Source: Alphaproteobacteria bacterium (GTDB lineage: Bacteria > Pseudomonadota > Alphaproteobacteria > GCA-2731375). Taken from it: DNA of 64,000 bases. The notes under the pieces were generated by a model, which saw only the letters and a program-made list of their open reading frames with translations, was not told the origin of the DNA and did not search any database. Below are positions 60,526-64,000 of the stretch, in pieces (position 1 is the first letter of the stretch; every line of letters begins with the position of its first letter). Both the position numbers and the translations under genes were made by a program. Where the stretch lies: the NCBI GenBank assembly GCA_030752605.1, contig JASMDX010000034.1:6608-70607 (forward strand), given 5' to 3'.

Positions 60526-62424
60526 ATGCCGGGCAGTTTCGATCCCACGGCGGAAGGGCCAGGCCGCAGCCATTGGCGGACCCTGGCAACCTTGATGCCG
60601 TATCTGTGGCCCCAGGGACGCTGGGACCTGCGGTTCCGGGTTATCGTGGCCATGACCCTGCTGGCCTCGGCCAAGGTGGCTATCGTCTTTATTCCCTTCG
60701 TCTACAAGGAAGTCGTCGACAGCCTGAACATCACCGGTGCAGACGGCAAGATCAGCGCGGCGGTCACCATTCCCGTTCTGATGATCCTGGCCTTTGGCGC
60801 TGCACGTTTGGCGGGTCAGGCTTTCGGCGAGTTGCGGGATGCGGTCTTCGCGAAGGTTGGCCAAAATGCGCTGCGCACGGTCGCCTTGCAGGTCTTTCGC
60901 CATCTGCATCATCTTTCCCTGCGCTTCCATTTGGACCGGCGCACCGGCGGGTTGAGCCGCGCCATTGAACGCGGCACCAAGGGGATCGATTTTCTGCTGC
61001 GTTTCTCCCTGTTTAACATTCTGCCTACCCTGTTGGAGCTGTCCCTGGTCTGCGGCGTCTTGTTGATCAATTATGGCGCGGACTATTCTGGCATCACCTT
61101 GTTCGCCGTGGGTATCTATATCGTCTTTACCCTGACGGTCACGGAATGGCGCCTGAAACACCGGCGCGAGATGAACCGTACCGATAGCGAGGCCAATACT
61201 CGGGCCATCGACAGTCTGTTGAACTTTGAAACCGTGAAATATTTTGGCAATGAAGCCCACGAGGCCAGCCGTTTCGACCAATCCATGGCGCGCTATGAAA
61301 GTGCCGCCGTGCGCAGCCAGACATCGCTGGCCATATTGAACATTGGCCAAGGGGTGATTATTGCCTTTGGTATGTGTTCAGTGATGCTGTTGGCGGCCAA
61401 CGGCATTATCAATGGCGAGCTGACAATCGGCGATTTCGTCCTGATCAACACCTTCATGATGCAATTGTATCAGCCCCTGGGCTTTCTCGGCTTCGTCTAC
61501 CGCGAGATCAAGCAGAGTCTGGTGGACATGGACAAGATGTTCGAGTTGATTGAGGTGCATACGGAAGTTGCCGATGCGCCGGATGCAGCACCCCTGCAGG
61601 TGCGCGCCGGTGACGTTGAATTCGAGCATGTCGATTTTGGCTACGAGGGCAACCGGCGGATACTGCAAGATGTTAGTTTCCGGGTGCCGGCGGGGCATAC
61701 GGTGGCCATCGTCGGGCCGTCGGGGGCGGGTAAATCGACCATATCGCGCATTTTGTTCCGCTTTTATGACGTCCAGGGCGGGCGCGTCCTAATCGATGGC
61801 CAGGATGTCCGCGGCGTCAGCCAGCAGTCCCTGCGCGCCAGCGTGGGCATCGTACCGCAAGATACGGTGCTGTTTAACGACAGCATCCGCTACAACATCC
61901 GCTATGGCCGGGTTGATGCCACGGACGCGGAGATCGAGGCGGCGGCGAAACTGGCCCAGATCCATGATTTCGTGGCCAGCCTGCCCGATGGTTACGACAC
62001 GGCGGTGGGTGAACGTGGCCTGAAACTGTCCGGCGGTGAAAAACAGCGCGTGGCGATTTCCCGGACGATCCTGAAGAACCCCTCGATCCTGCTGTTCGAT
62101 GAGGCCACCTCGGCCCTGGATTCGCAGACCGAGAAGGAAATCCAGGCGGCCCTTCGTCTGGTTTCCCGCGACCGCACCACTTTGGTTATCGCGCATCGTC
62201 TTTCGACCATCGTTGATGCCGATGAAATCATCGTTCTGGAAGCCGGACAGATTGTCGAAAGGGGCCGGCACGAGGCGCTGTTGGCGGCAAGTGGTATCTA
62301 TGCCGCCATGTGGCAACGGCAGCAGGAACAGGCAGAGGCCTTGCAACGGCTGGAAAGGCTGGATAAGGATGAGCCGCGGACGCTGGTGGAAAGTTCGGAT
62401 GCGGACAGGGAACCGGTAACTTAG
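60526..62424 (+). CDS. Atm1-type ABCB exporter (fused permease/ATPase)
   Basis: LSLRFHLDRRTGG, DSLLNFETVKYF, GPSGAGKS and LSGGEKQR motifs. Confidence 0.93.
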   Translation: MPGSFDPTAEGPGRSHWRTLATLMPYLWPQGRWDLRFRVIVAMTLLASAKVAIVFIPFVYKEVVDSLNITGADGKISAAVTIPVLMILAFGAARLAGQAFGELRDAVFAKVGQNALRTVALQVFRHLHHLSLRFHLDRRTGGLSRAIERGTKGIDFLLRFSLFNILPTLLELSLVCGVLLINYGADYSGITLFAVGIYIVFTLTVTEWRLKHRREMNRTDSEANTRAIDSLLNFETVKYFGNEAHEASRFDQSMARYESAAVRSQTSLAILNIGQGVIIAFGMCSVMLLAANGIINGELTIGDFVLINTFMMQLYQPLGFLGFVYREIKQSLVDMDKMFELIEVHTEVADAPDAAPLQVRAGDVEFEHVDFGYEGNRRILQDVSFRVPAGHTVAIVGPSGAGKSTISRILFRFYDVQGGRVLIDGQDVRGVSQQSLRASVGIVPQDTVLFNDSIRYNIRYGRVDATDAEIEAAAKLAQIHDFVASLPDGYDTAVGERGLKLSGGEKQRVAISRTILKNPSILLFDEATSALDSQTEKEIQAALRLVSRDRTTLVIAHRLSTIVDADEIIVLEAGQIVERGRHEALLAASGIYAAMWQRQQEQAEALQRLERLDKDEPRTLVESSDADREPVT

Positions 62425-62449
62425 GCGATGATTTGGATGTGATGACGTA

Positions 62450-63142
62450 ATGGATGCATTAAAGGCCGTGATGGTGCCGATCAACCGCGAGGGTTACCGC
62501 TTTATCGCGATCTTCGCGTTGGCGGCGGTTATTCTGTTCTGGATTGCCGATCCCCTTGGCTGGCTTGGCGTGATACTGACCTGCTGGTGCGTCTATTTCT
62601 TCCGTGACCCAGAGCGCACGACGCCAAGCCGGGACGGTCTGATCATTTCCCCCGCCGATGGCGTGGTGCAGTCCATCGAAATGGCTGTGCCGCCGGCCGA
62701 ACTTGGCATGGGTGAGACGCCGCGCCAGCGTATCGCCGTTTTCATGAATGTCTTCAATGTGCATGTGAACCGCATCCCCATAGATGGTGAGATCACCGCC
62801 GTGTCCTATCGCCCGGGCAAGTTTCTCAATGCGTCCCTGGACAAGGCCTCGATTGACAATGAGCGCCAGGCCATCCGGATGACCACATCGTTGGGCCAGG
62901 ATATCGCCTTTGTGCAGATCGCTGGCCTGGTGGCGCGGCGCATCCTCTGCGGCCTGTACGAAGGACAGCGGGTCCGCGCAGGCGAACGTTTCGGCCTGAT
63001 CCGTTTCGGCAGCCGGGTCGATGTCTATCTCGATGATGGCACCCAGCCTTCGGTGGCGGTGGGGCAGTTGGCGGTGGCGGGCGAGACCGTATTGGCCGAT
63101 TGCGACAGCGATGAAGCAAGACGGGTGGGAGAAGTACGATGA
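62450..63142 (+). CDS. psd: Phosphatidylserine decarboxylase proenzyme
   Basis: [19 protein letters not shown] and RFGS cleavage-site motifs. Confidence 0.95.
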   Translation: MDALKAVMVPINREGYRFIAIFALAAVILFWIADPLGWLGVILTCWCVYFFRDPERTTPSRDGLIISPADGVVQSIEMAVPPAELGMGETPRQRIAVFMNVFNVHVNRIPIDGEITAVSYRPGKFLNASLDKASIDNERQAIRMTTSLGQDIAFVQIAGLVARRILCGLYEGQRVRAGERFGLIRFGSRVDVYLDDGTQPSVAVGQLAVAGETVLADCDSDEARRVGEVR

Positions 63143-63957
63143 AGATCGGACGGCGTAACCGGCGGCTGCGGGAGTTGCCCGTTAACAGCCTGATCCCAAA
63201 TATCCTAACGGTTCTGGCGCTATGCGCGGGGATGTCAGCGATCCGTTTCGCCATGCAGGAAAAGTGGGAGCTTGCCGTCGCCGCGATCCTGGTCGCGGGC
63301 GTGCTGGATGGCCTGGATGGGCGCATGGCGCGATTGCTGAAAGGCGCGACGAAATTCGGTGCCGAGCTGGACTCGCTCTCCGACTTCATTGCCTTCGGCG
63401 TGGCGCCCGCGATGGTGATCTATTTGTGGAGCACCCAGGCCTTGGGCGGCATCGGCTGGATCGCCGGGCTGGCCTACAGCACCTGCATGGCCTTGCGTCT
63501 AGCGCGCTTCAACACCGCCCTGGATGATCCGGACCGCCCGGCCTGGTCCAGCTATTTCTTCACCGGTATAGCCGCGCCCGCTGCTGCCTGCGTCACCCTG
63601 CTACCCATGGCGGTCAGCTTCCAGATTGGAGAAAGCTTTCTACAGCAACCTATCTTCATGGCGCTGTGGCTGTTGTTCGTGGCTTTCATGGCGATCAGTC
63701 GGATCCCCACGTACTCCTTTAAACGGGTGCGTATTCGCCGGGAATATGTGTTGCCCATGTTGCTGGTGGTGGCCCTTGTCGCGGCCATTTTGGCCAGCTA
63801 TCCCTGGTTCGTACTCTCGGCTATGGGCTTGGCGTATCTTGGCTCCATCCCGTTTAGCTACCGCGCGCAACAACGGTTTGCCGAAGCGGCGGATGAGGGG
63901 GCGACGGAAACGGCTGCCAGTCGCGAAAGCGAGGACGACAAGGCGCCCTTGCCGTAG
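63139..63957 (+). CDS. pssA: CDP-diacylglycerol--serine O-phosphatidyltransferase
   Basis: [19 protein letters not shown] and LRLARFN motifs; overlaps psd by 4 nt. Confidence 0.94.
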   Translation: MKIGRRNRRLRELPVNSLIPNILTVLALCAGMSAIRFAMQEKWELAVAAILVAGVLDGLDGRMARLLKGATKFGAELDSLSDFIAFGVAPAMVIYLWSTQALGGIGWIAGLAYSTCMALRLARFNTALDDPDRPAWSSYFFTGIAAPAAACVTLLPMAVSFQIGESFLQQPIFMALWLLFVAFMAISRIPTYSFKRVRIRREYVLPMLLVVALVAAILASYPWFVLSAMGLAYLGSIPFSYRAQQRFAEAADEGATETAASRESEDDKAPLP

Positions 63958-64000
63958 AACCTCACTGGGTGGCACGCCCGCCAGAAATATCGATAGTCGA

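Overview
This 64 kb window is GC-rich chromosomal DNA that looks alphaproteobacterial (class I LysRS, CtrA-type boxes, a two-domain cold-shock protein, CGTC-type palindromic repeats). No rRNA, tRNA, CRISPR array, transposase or prophage was found. From left to right it holds: an Mrp Na+/H+ antiporter operon (E-F-G-B'-B-C-D, running off the left edge); a TPP-riboswitch-controlled thiZXY-type ABC transporter with a divergent Cys-less TenA; two divergent orphan molybdenum-hydroxylase large subunits; a branched-chain aminotransferase, a DinG-family helicase and lysS; a lactonase/MFS/oxidoreductase catabolic cluster; folE; a complete urtABCDE-ureDABCEFG urea locus with a sigma54 promoter and NtrC-like sites; prpE, an ANKH/MATE-like transporter and typA; a CoA-transferase/deacylase pair and cysK; a MaoC-P450-DHA2 cluster; a QueG/reductive-dehalogenase-like Fe-S protein coupled to an HTH-fused acyl-CoA ligase; hspQ, an Atm1-type ABC exporter, psd and pssA. 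The QueG-like/HTH-ligase pair is the best candidate for an undescribed system. Many intergenic gaps contain decayed genes, and several keep only their N- and C-terminal stubs after large internal deletions. All calls rest on motif recognition by eye; no searches were run.
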